A DNA stretch of 64,000 nucleotides from NCBI GenBank assembly GCA_012295275.1, contig CM022676.1:17546001-17610000 (forward strand), read 5' to 3'. This stretch comes from Chrysomallon squamiferum (lineage: Eukaryota > Animalia > Mollusca). Of the stretch, positions 42,814 to 55,003 are shown one piece after another. Positions within the stretch are counted from its first letter, which is position 1. Each line of letters opens with the position of its first letter. The position numbers and the translations under genes are program-made. The notes below the pieces were generated by a model, which was not told the DNA's origin, did no database searches, and saw only the letters and a program-made list of their open reading frames with translations.

Positions 42814-43568
42814 AAATCAGCTTTGTGACAAAGACTGTGGAGTGAACAGTTCTGTACTTAACTGTGTGTTCAACACCATAACTTTAATAGTTATAATGAT
42901 AAACATTTATATCTCATTGAAATCAGCTTTGTGACAAAGACTGTGAACATAAACATTTATATCTCATTGAAAACTGTGTGTTCAACACCGTAACTTTAAT
43001 AGTTATAATGATAAACATTTATATCTCATTGAAATCAGCTTTGTGACAAAGACTGTGGAGTGAACAGTTCTGTACTTAACTGTGTGTTCAACACCATAAC
43101 TTTAATAGTTATAATGATAAACATTTATATCTCATTGAAACCAGCTTTGTGACAAAGACTGTACAGTTCTCTACTTAACTGTACGTTCAACACCGTAACT
43201 TTAATAGTTATAATGATAAACATTTATATCTCATTGAAACCAGCTTTTGACAAAACTGTACGTTTAACTGTACGTTCAACACCGTAACTTTAATAGTTAT
43301 AATGATAAACATTTATATCTCATTGAAATCAGCTTTGTGACAAAGACTGTGGAGTGAACAGTTCTGTACTTAACTGTACGTTCAACACCGTAACTTTAAT
43401 AGTTATAATGATAAACATTTATATCTCATTGAAATCAGCTTTGTGACAAACACTGTGGAGTGAACAGTTCTGTACTTAACTGTGTGTTCAACACCGTAAC
43501 TTTAATAGTTATAATGATAAACATTTATATCTCATTGAAATCAGCTTTGTGACAAAGACTGTGGAGTG
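42814..43568. repeat. 106-bp minisatellite (~7-8 units, several internally deleted) abutting the inner inversion breakpoint
   Basis: AAATCAGCTTTGTGACAAAGACTGTGGAGTGAACAG... at 42814, 42920, 43032 and onward. The last unit is cut at GACTGTGGAGTG|TACATTTTTT. Confidence 0.95.
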
Positions 43569-43949
43569 TACATTTTTTATTGTCACTGTTGTCCACTAAA
43601 GTATATTGATTAACGTCTTGTTATAGACTATACCCTGTTTTTTATTGACATGCACAAATATTTAAATCTTGTTATAAAAACACATACATTTCACTTGGTC
43701 AGTATAGAAATTTACCAAAATTATTTTCAATTTATACTAAAAAAATAAATAATAATAACTAACTAGTAAAAACATTATTTGTAAAACATTTATTTTAGAT
43801 TATATTAATGAGCTGAATGTTGAGGAATGTATAAATTTATAGAGATGAAGACAGATTTAAAATAATATAAAAATACACTTTCTTATCAAGACTCTGTATT
43901 CATGGTAATATCTAGTATGGCTGATATAAAATATTAAATATGTACTTAC

Positions 43950-46900
43950 TTATAAAACCTATGAATGATTTTATTGGATACTTGTTTAGAACCTACACCT
44001 CAAATTTAGATAATTCATCAGTTTCGCGTGTGAAAGAAAACAGAGCTTTGTACTGACATCCTCCGTCACAGAACAGAATTACAAAGTGTTTAACATCAGA
44101 CTCAGCCAGTTCCTAGATAAACAAACAAACAAGCAAATAAATAAATAAACAGATAAACAGAAATATCCATAAATATACCATAAATCAATAAACAGATTAA
44201 TAAATTGTATTAACATGGCAATAATGTATAAAAGGTAAAACAATAAATATAATTACATTACATATAAAATTCTGAAGTAACTAATGCTGATTGTTTTTCA
44301 GTAAAAACAACAACATAAAATTAATACAGTCATAGACACTCACACTTACTTGATAGATTTAACTCTCCAACTTCCTCTCTCAGATATTTCTACAACTTTC
44401 TAACAATAAATAACAATTATCTATCAGTTAAATAAGATCAGAAAGGCAATTCTCTTATAAAAACTTAACAATTTGTTGCAATTTGAATAAAATAAAAAAT
44501 AAACGAAAAACAAATCACTTATAAAAACTAAGTATGTCTTTTAAAAACAAACAGTAATAAGAAAATCAAATATAATGAATGAATAATTCCTGCTAAAGCT
44601 TAAAGATCTAAGAAAACCATATTTCAATATTTCTGCTTCATTTAATTAAGCAATGGCTTAATTTGGTTTAGACAATAATAATTAATAGGGATTTTAAAAC
44701 AAGAACATTAATAAACAAGTGAACAAGCTAATTTAACCAAAACACAACCTGCAAATAAAGATTAAAAATAAAATTTAACCAAAAAGATAATTTACGAAAT
44801 AACAGCCGTGTAATAATAACTGATATTATGAATCTAGATGATGATAATAAGGATGATGATGAAGAGGGTTAAAATGAAGACATTTTGTTTCATTTTTTAT
44901 TTTAATTTATTTATAATTAGACAATATGAGAAATGTAAAAGTGAACCTCACAGACTGAGTAAATTAGTGTAAATGCTGCCATACTCAGTCTGTTAGAGCT
45001 TTTTGTATGGATTAATAATGTTATGATAGAAACAAAAATTTAGAAGTAAGGAATAACAAATAAATAAACGAAATAATAACAAAAATATAAGAAGAAGAAA
45101 AAAATCATAAGATAAAAGATATATAATGATTGTAGACAGCAGAAACAAGAATAAAACAATGCTAATGGAAGTATGGAAAAAATGAAGTATTCTAAGTTGT
45201 CAGTATATTTGTATACTACAATTACTTTACTTATTATTGTAGACTTTCCTTGTACTAATCTGCTTTTCTTACTCTGTATTGAGAATACATGCAACACAAA
45301 AACTGAGAAGAAAGTAAATTGATAGTTAAACAGCTAAGTTAATGTGTGTGTTTTTCATACCAATTTTTAAGAAACTTCTCTGTCTGTTCTGTTGTATGTG
45401 TCTGAAAAAGTAAAAAAAAAAAAAAAAAAAAACAGAAAGAGGTTTACCAAAATATAAATATAAATTATGAATCAAAAAACAAATCAGTATCTTTGAAATC
45501 ATAACCTAATTATTGATAAATATAAATGTCACTAAAATATACCAAATATGAAGTAAAGAAGAAATATTTTATTTAAGAACAGACACAGCTTGTTTTTATT
45601 AGTTCTTTGCATTTTAAAAGATAAACAACAAAACAGCTAATGAAAAAGAAAACCTGTTTCTGCAACATGAACTGACACCCTTTTTAAACAAGAAACTAAA
45701 AATATGTTTTTTAATATACATCTTTCCACAGATAACAAAACACATACCTTGATCTTAGCAATACCAGGTATGAATCAGCAGCTAGATTGTTAAACAACTT
45801 TATTAGTCCTCCACATAGGACTGATCCTAGAACCCAACAAACTTTAATCATGCACTCTAACCACTGAGCCAGTCTATCCATCACTACAAATTTAACAACA
45901 TGAATTAAGTGAATATTTACAGTGAAGAGTTTGGTTTGTTGAGTTCTGGAGTACTCATGAATCTTCACTCAGTTTTGTGAAACTGAAAGCCATGTTTCGT
46001 TGTGTTGGTAATGGTTACTTGGTGTTTTGTGACACTTGACCTCCCGTTACCATAGCGAGATGCTGAATTAAAATTAATAAAAATAATAATAAACCCTGTA
46101 GTATCTTCATATTTTAAACTGCACTGCCAGTATTTAATAAAACTAACCATAAACCTTGCAATAAACTGTCTGATGTAAGATTTGTAAAATTTGACTGCAA
46201 TTCAATCATTTAAAAACTCCTTTAATATTAACTTTCTTTATTGGTAGCCTTATTAAATACTGATCATTATATAAGGATCTTTACAAAGCTTGTATTCATC
46301 CATTTTATATAATAAAAATGTATTTACATAGATAAAGGCATATGTCAGTATCCACACTAAAACTGAACATTACAAATAAGAAATTTCATAAATTCATATA
46401 ATAAAAGATATAATACAATTTGGGATTTGCAGCATGTATTTTGTTTAACTAAAATTCTGAATCATAAGTAAAAACTGTCACAAAACTTACTTTCTGCTTC
46501 CTGACCATTTAGAAGGCCTCCTGTCTGTCAGTTTTATCATTTCAATCCAGAATAATAGCTCTGTGAGAAAGGCTAACGGGTGGAGAGACCACGAAAGATA
46601 TTCAATACAGATAATATTCAAACGGAAAACCAGATCTAATATTAAATTACGAATTTGTTGATTACGAAATATTAAAAAAAGGAAATCGTTAAAAGACTCC
46701 AAAACAATGCCTCTCTTAATGAGATATTAAAACTGAGCAATTTAATATATCTAAATTTTAAAATTACCATCTGATTTATTATTTTATTTGCAAAAACTTA
46801 TTATATTTTATTTGTTACTAAACAAACCATGAAAACTGAGAGACTGCAGACAATAGAAACTTCAGACAACAGGAACTGTACATCTGTCTCTACATCTTTT

Positions 46901-49900
46901 AGTATGTCTGTCATCACAGGAACAGTGACACTGTGTGAAGAGCTGGCATTTCCAGTCTGGTAACAACAAAGTTAAACATTTTAAAATACAGATAAAATAT
47001 GAAGCTTCCTCGTTTTTTATAATAATATAGAAATAAACATTTACAAGAAAATAATCACATTTATATGAATTTAAGGCTGTTGGTTCCTGTGTGTGCAGAC
47101 AAACACATGAGTGAAATGTTCAAGGTATGAAGTGTAGTGTGTGTTACACGATACTAATGTAATTTGTGTATATGTATACATGTATTTACTGATATATTAT
47201 CTACAAACTGCAGCTGCATATATTAAATTAAACTTCATTAGTTTAGAAAAATGAGAAAACAAACTCAAATTCACCTGCTCAGATTTGTTCTCTTTTGCAA
47301 TGGCAGCAGTACAAACTTTATTTAACCAGAAAATAACTGTATCCTCAGTGCCTGATGGAACACGTTTTAAAGTAAATGTGCATATATTATATATCCAAAT
47401 AAAGTGTTTATAAGTTCTAGAGCTGCAGTTACTTCCCTTCCTTGGCCTATTACAATACAAGCTTTGCTCTTTACACAGAAGCTAAACTGAAAGTGAGTTA
47501 TGGACATGACTTATACTGCAAGGTCACTATGCAATCAGATATGTGAACAGATTACATCAATGCTAAACCTCTCTCTCTGTCATTCATATGTTTAAATGCA
47601 TCATCATAATTCATCAATCATTTAATATTCAAAGTTGAAGGATCAAAGCTTTTAAATACAGCTTGTCATTGACCTCTGAACTGAAATACAATTGATCATA
47701 AAGTGATACTTTCCAATAAACTAACTGAATAAAATAAATAAACTTTAACAGAGCCAAATAATCTCATTTTAGTAAAAGAGGTTTTCAAATTCTCTATTTT
47801 TTTAAATTTAATTTATGTATTTAATAAATAAACAAAAAATATCAATAAAATATAAATATAAATAAAAACGACAGCTTACCTGATGGCTTGGACAGAATGT
47901 TCTACTGAAACAACATCACTGGTTTATGCCAATATACACACATCAATTAGAAAGTTATGTGCACTCTGAAAAAAATAACAATGAATAAAATAATAATACA
48001 GATAATAAACAGCTATAAATAAATAAATTAAAATTTCATTTTTTCTGAGTAATGCATAATCCTTATAATGATAATAATAAAAATAATTTACAAAACAATG
48101 ACAGATCACTGATTATTATTATGCTGTTTTATAATGAATAAAGAACTGTTACAAAATTTATTTTAATATCTAAGACACAAATATAAAATAAACTCACAAC
48201 TGAGAATGGTGCAGTCTGCATGAGAATGGTTTCTGTAACAGCTGATTCATCCTTCTCCATGATGTAAATTCACTTTCTAGACAGCACCTGAACAATACTG
48301 CAGCGAGATACGTAAACTATTTAACTTCAATCGTAAATATAAAGTTTAGTAGTTTTAATAACAACATGATATTTTTATCAATCTCCATTTGTCTGAAAAA
48401 TGCATTTTTCTCTGGTTATTATCATCTCTCAATATTTCACTTATTTTTATTTATGTATGAAATTGACCAAGACACAGATACACACACATACATCCAGTCT
48501 CTCTCTCTCACACATACACATTACCTCTTTCTCTCTCTCTCTCTCACACACACATGCACATAAACTAATAAACTAACATAGTTACATACCTTGTCTGTGA
48601 TGAGAGATTTCTGAAAACATTCTAACACAGGCTACACATCACTTGACAACAGACTGTTGATCAGATGGTTACCCTGCAACACAGTAATATATCATCATCA
48701 TCATAATAGTAGCAATAACAGGAATAATAATAATGATGAAGATAATAAAAAAAAATTAACAACAACAACAACAGCAGCAGTAATAATCCAAGTAGTAGTA
48801 GTTGCAATAATTTTCATCTATTATTGATTATAACAAGTATAATATGTTATATGTTAATAAGAAAAAGAAGGAATTAATGTCTTATTTAAGAACGTATATA
48901 TATATATAGCATTGTATATCTGCTTTTGTATTAAACACATGTTTTGAAGAAATGAGATAATTTGTTTTTAAAGAGTCATGCAATAATATATTTTTAATTT
49001 TATTCCATTAATGACTAGCTGAACTGTACTTTAGAAAAAAGTGTCATGAGAGGAAACATAGACATTTTTCTGATGCTTTATTTTTTTATTTTTGATGAAA
49101 TAATTCTAAGGTTTATATAAAGTAAGAAACTAGAGATAATTAAAACAAACCAACAATGCATATAATAACTTTAATAATTAGAACATAAATCTTGAAAGAT
49201 AGAAATTTATAAAATATTTCACTCACATCTGATTTTTCATAAAATGGTTCTTTAAATTCATTTGGAACATTTTCTCCATATACTTTCTGAAAATCACTGC
49301 CAGTGATGAAATTTGGCCTGAAAAACATCAAAAATAAATAAATATTAGTAACGACATGAAGAAGATTATGAAAAATAATAATAAAGATAAATAAAACAAA
49401 TTAATAAAAAGTAGTAGTAATAAGAAGAAGCAAAACAGAATGGAAATAAATTAAAACTGACAGAAAGTAAATAAAAATTGAGAACAAATTTTCATCATTA
49501 TATTAATTGATTTAAACAATTAAATATTTACAGGTAATACAGTAACCATTTCAACCTTGCTGGAATCTTTTTTTTAATTATTCCAGACGTAATCAATGAA
49601 TAATTCAGACTTGAAATTTTATAAGTCTTTGTGAAATAGCTGACTAGCAGGCACTAGTCAGTAAATTAATGTCCATACTTCATTACTTATAAGTTGTATT
49701 ACTTTAAGTTTCTTATCCAACTTTTATCATCAAACTTAAACATTTTCGTTGTAAAAGCTCGCAAGCCACTTACTTTGAAATGTCTGGATGCACTTTTGAA
49801 AACTCCCCAATGTAAATAAAATAAATAATTATGTTCTTACTTACCCTGCCGAACAAGAACAATCAACACAAGATATAACCGTCGGGCTCATATACACGTG

Positions 49901-50108
49901 GATCCCATGAGGATTTTCGCTTTTTCTTTCAACGACCGGTCCGATTTAACTGATTAAAAATGGTGATGTCATTATTCCAAAACATGTTACAAATGTAATG
50001 TTGACTGAAATACCTGAAATCCAGCTGACAGCTTTTCAAAGCTATAGTGACAGCTCTTAAATAATCCAGAAATTCGCAGACAAATTGTGTAAGTGATTCG
50101 GCCGCCAT
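43950..50108 (-). pseudogene. Second, 3'-truncated copy of the unidentified MAAESL gene
   Basis: ATG at 50108: MAAESLTQFVCEFLDYLRAVTIALKSCQLDFRYFSQHYICNMFWNNDITIFNQLNRTGR*KKKRKSSWDPRVY; exon 2 PNFITGSDFQKVYGENVPNEFKEPFYEKSD. It lacks the last two exons, which lie in the spacer. Confidence 0.65.
45555..45879 (-). mobile_element. Right-arm copy of the tRNA-derived SINE
   Basis: Reverse complement of 38284-38612 (CTCTAACCACTGAGCCAGTCTATCC at 45855-45879). Confidence 0.6.
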
Positions 50109-50410
50109 TGTTTTAAGCTTGTCAAACCGAGCAGTGATAGAGTTACCTCCCTTTTGGGGGCGGAGTTATGATGTCGTGCTGAGGTCATTACGACTGTATA
50201 CATCATGCTTCATACTGTTGTCATGAAATACAGGAAACTTGTATTGTAATGTATGTCAGTATATGCAGCCGTTATTTATGTGTATACATACATATATTTA
50301 AAAATGTCTCTGTTTAGTTATTTGTTTATTTAATCTGATTTATATTTCTTTCATCGTGAAATGTCAGTGCAGACATGGCTCTGTTTTGTTTATCGCATAC
50401 GTTGTTGATC
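50097..50410. promoter_or_regulatory. Putative bidirectional promoter, right copy
   Basis: GCCGCCATTG (YY1-like) at 50101, GC box GGGGCGGAG at ~50157-50165, and local CpG retention. Confidence 0.55.
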
Positions 50411-51969
50411 ATCAAACCTGCAGGGTTAATTAACTCGCATACACATAATTATGTAAATATACATACATCCACCCGTCCATTTTTCTTTCTCAAATTATTT
50501 ATTAATTTGGATTTCTGAAACCACAATCGTGCACTAATATTTTAATATTTTCATTATACCCTATTAATTTACATACATATTGATATTCATATTGAGATAT
50601 TGTTAATACTGAATTTTATTTTAAGAATCGCTCCTGTTGGTACTATTGCTATGTGTTTTGAGATAACATGCAAGCATAATAATATTTTATATTGTCTCAA
50701 CCGAAATCAGTACTTCCACCTTTGAAGTAATAGACAGATAGATATGCGTACACACACAAACTGAAAAAAATTGAATGTTGTATCAATATTAATTAACAGA
50801 CTGATATCATGTTAATGGATCTGTTTTAATTTTAATTTTTTTGCTTATGCATTTATTTAATTTTATCATTTATATATATATATTTTTTTTTTTTATTACC
50901 ATTAATATTAATAGTTTTGCTCTTAATCAATTACTGATATCATCTACAGTTCTTGATTTTTATTTTATTATTCTTTTTAAGTGTATATTAAACTTACACT
51001 TTAAGTGTATATTGAACTCGTTAAAGGTAAGTTTTTAAAATCTTGTGAAGAACCAATAATGTTCATGTATGCTTGTTATGGACCAGGTCTCAGATGAGTG
51101 CTAAAGAGTGGGAAGAATTTTCATTCAGTTTGTTGTTGTTGTTGTTGTTTTTTTCACAGTATGTATTATTATAAACTAAATTGTTGTAGGGTTCACATCA
51201 GTGTTGAAAACTTACTGCAGCCAGAAGGCTCACAATTTGTTTCGTTTTTATTATTTAGCTTTTTATTCTTGTCAGTCTTCTTTTTCTATCATGATCATTA
51301 CTGTTATTATTATTATCATCATCAACATCATCACCATTATTATTTGTATTATTAGAATAATCATTATTGTAGTTGATGTACATTCCTGTCTTTTGAAGCT
51401 GCATGTAAAACATCCTTTATCTGCCAGTAAAGAACTCTCACAGAGGAATTTCTTTTTCTACAATTTCTATTCATAAATTTAGTTTTATACTTAACAAATA
51501 TTAATATTTAAAAATGTTAACATGATATTAACAGTTTTCTTTAATTGTAATCATTCTACATATATAAATAATGATAACCAGTAATATTAAAAAAGTGCAG
51601 AGATATCATTAAATATTTATTTTTATTCTTATTTATTTACAGCCTCTATAGCAGAACTGTTTGCTAGCTCATCCTGGTTTAAAATCTGTTAGTTCTGACA
51701 CCAGGAAACTGAAATGAACTCAGAACTGGACAAAGTTCTGTACCAAAACATCACGGAAAGGAAAAACCTGCACAAACTATTGTAAATTTGTCTTTATTAT
51801 TATGTTTATTAGATTATTTTGATATTATTAATTTATCTATATATATATCTAAAGAAATAAATTTGTCTGTTTCTTGAGAGGGTTGTTTAAGAGTGTTGAT
51901 ATGTGAGATAAGACATGGATAATGTTGGATCTACTCAGGTAAAATTTTAATTAACTTTTATGATTTCAG

Positions 51970-52228
51970 AACATTATTACTCTGTAGAATGGTCAGAAGC
52001 TGTCACAGACTGGGATAAGGAATCTGAGATTGATGTAAAATCTAAACTGATAAAAATTTAGGATTAATTATTCTAAAATGTAACCAGTTCTCACACAATG
52101 TTACTAAACAGATGCTATTATATCAGTGTAAAGAATTAATAATACTCATAAATATGTAATTAATAAATTACCTTAAAAAACAAAACAAATTACTATGAAT
52201 AGTAAATTTGTTGTAATATGTTCAGTAA

Positions 52229-52327
<99 letters not shown>

Positions 52328-54782
52328 GTGTGTGTCAAATCATACATGTCAATATGTATATGTACATATACTACCTTTTCTTTATATGTTTATTTTATAT
52401 AGTTGCTTACGTGTACCCTTATTTATTTATTTATTTATTTCAGTTTATCCACAACATGGTAAAATAAATATGTTAGTCTCCAGTGCTCTTCCATATATCA
52501 GCAGTGTTCCTCACCATGGCAACATCACTGGTTGTGTAGTCAGTTCTTGTTTTCTCCGGGTAACACATTTTATTTTATGTATTAGAGTTATCTTCCTTTG
52601 CATATACTAATCTTGATCATTTATATTTTAGCTTTTTGAACTACACTATTTGTGTTCTTATTTTGTCTGTTTCATTTTAGATAGCATATTATTATTTTAT
52701 TATTGGATTATTAGTATTACGGTCATTACCAGAATTAGTTACATATGATATTGTTATTACAATTAAGTTTACTATTACTTGCTATGCATGTTATTATTAT
52801 TTCAGTTAATTTTATTATTACTTATTATGTATGTTATTATTATTTCAGTTAATTTATTATTACTTGCCTGATATGTTATTATTATTACAGTTAAATTTAT
52901 TATATATGTTATATATGTTATTCTTATTTCACTTAATTTTAATATTACTTGTCATATATGTCATTCTTATTACAATTAATTTTATTATTACTTGTTTTAG
53001 TGTCATTATTTCAGAATGTTCAAAGTGTGGCTATCACAGTATGAGAGGTCACCAGTGTGATGTATGTGACTCATCAATGCTGTAGAAATGAAGAACACAA
53101 AATATAAATCTTGTAAGTCATTACCAGTCATTAAAACATCACATCAACTATTTTATATTTACCAAAGGTAAACCTGTTTAGTGTTTTATTGATTCATTTG
53201 TTGATAAAGTTTCAAATCCTTTTAAAATAATTTTCTTTTTTCAGTTAAGTATGTATATTCTAAAAACTCCAACATTTGTTTGGTGGGTTATGAATTTAAC
53301 AGTTAACATTTAAGTTTGCCATTATGTAAGAAAATGTAAAATTGTTAAAATATCTTAATAATTAAGTAGTATTCAGCTTAATGATAACTGTTTTTATACA
53401 TGTTTATGAGACCGGCACACACACACACACACACACACACACTGACTCATCCTATATATATTTATTTGTATTTCATCACTGACTTAGAAACCAACTATCT
53501 TGATAAGGAATTGTTTAAGTATATGTGTGTGGATGGGTAGATGTGTGTATAGGGTTATTAGTATATTTTATGTATTTTGTTAATTTTTCAGAGTGTAGCT
53601 GATAAAGTTTTCATTAATAAATCTGGATAAAACTGATAAGAAATATTTGTATTGGAGATGGAATTATAGCAAGATGTATCAATTGTGACCAGAAGTGGGG
53701 GACCATAGTTCCATTGGAGGGATACACTGAGTAAGTATAATAAATTACTTGCATTTATAAAAAAATAATAATAACTTCCTGTCTTAAAAAAGTAGTCTTT
53801 GTTCTGAATACTGAACAAAAAATAGTAAAAGAAATATGAATTAGAAAACATCTAAATTGTAAGATAATTTTATAGTATCACAAAACAAGACATCTATTCA
53901 AGTATGTATTTAATGTTAAATTTGAAGATGATAAGCCTGATGTCTGATTTCTAAAATATGTTATCCCTAAAATTTGTGAATAAAATCCTCAATTAAAGCT
54001 TACAGTTCAAGACATACAACTGGCTAAAGATTTATATAATTATATTTTGTATCTTAATGAAAATATAATAATAAAAAATTATGAGTATTTTTCTCTTCTG
54101 TTTTAAAAAGAGAGAAACATTTATTTGTTTCATTATAATTTATGAGTGGTTAAATTTCCAGGTATTCTGTGTTTGGTTTGATGTTCCAGTTGACTACATT
54201 TCAGTCACAGCTAACTACACAGAGAGGAGAGAAAAATCCATCAAAGGTTTGTTTTGTGTTTTTTATTTCTTTTTTGATTTTTGTTTTCTGAAATCAGAAT
54301 AGCAAAAGCAAAAACAATGAAATAAATATTAATTTTGTTAATTTTTAAAATAATCTATAATTTTGTAAGCATGAATAAGATGACATAGCTGTGATTATGT
54401 TGGTGTGTATAATTACTGTGCTTAATCTAAATATTCTGTTTGAAAACAATAAGAATCTTCACTTATTAATGTTCATTTTCAGCCTCACAGTTTATATTTG
54501 TTGTCAAGGGAAACCCAGATTTAACATAATTTATTCAGTTTCCTGCTTTCTTTCTTAGTATATATATATTCATTAGTTTCTTCATTTAATTCCAAATATT
54601 ATATTATAAAATTTGATACAAACAAATGTCCATTTTAACGTCCTTTTTCTTCTTCTTTTATATTATTATCATTTTCAGTTTTTTTTATTTTCTTATGCTT
54701 GTGTTGCTATTCTGTTTTTTGTTTTCTTTTTTATTTACAGTTTGTTATCATTTTATTGTTGTTATTATTATTCTTCTTCTTC

Positions 54783-54822
<40 letters not shown>

Positions 54823-54907
54823 TATGTTCATATGTGTATCTTTCTTTTCAAGGACAGTGTATCATTTCACAGTATAATTTTTACTTCCACACTTCTGTGC
54901 ACTGATG
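51970..54907 (+). pseudogene. MARS1: Methionyl-tRNA synthetase pseudogene, right copy
   Basis: SEAVTDWDK (cf. AMAVTAWEK); 52444-52559 VYPQHGKINMLVSSALPYISSVPHHGNITGCVVS; 53015-53167 CSKCGYHSMRGHQCDVC..LINAVEMK; 53592-53733 GDGIIARCINCDQKWGTIVPLEGYTE; 54162-54246 VFCVWFDVPVDYISVTANYTE; ~54826-54907 KDSVSFHSIIFTSTLLCTD, cut by the arm boundary. Confidence 0.92.
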
Positions 54908-54925
54908 TTTAGAGCAGTCACTATG

Positions 54926-55003
54926 CAAATATACCTCCATGTGTGATATATACAAATATACCTCCATGTGTGATATATACAAATATACCTCCATATGTGA
55001 TAT
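54926..55003. repeat. 27-bp minisatellite x3 at the outer inversion breakpoint
   Basis: CAAATATACCTCCATGTGTGATATATA at 54926, 54953 and 54980. Confidence 0.92.

Larger units (their letters stand above)
43569..54907 (-). repeat. Right arm of ~25 kb inverted duplication
   Basis: Reverse complement of 30117-40904 with arm-specific indels (e.g. insertions ~46564-46835, ~49610-49705, ~50620-51960). Confidence 0.96.

Noticed and set aside
42814-43568. Regular repeat array resembling CRISPR
   Set aside because: Units are head-to-tail with no unique spacers, there are no cas genes, and the context is eukaryotic. The same applies to the 52, 55, 60, 69 and 71-bp arrays.
50200-51790. 5' (GST-like) exons of MARS1 between the promoter and the catalytic exons
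   Set aside because: Position and some splice signals fit, but the peptide similarity is too weak by eye to call.
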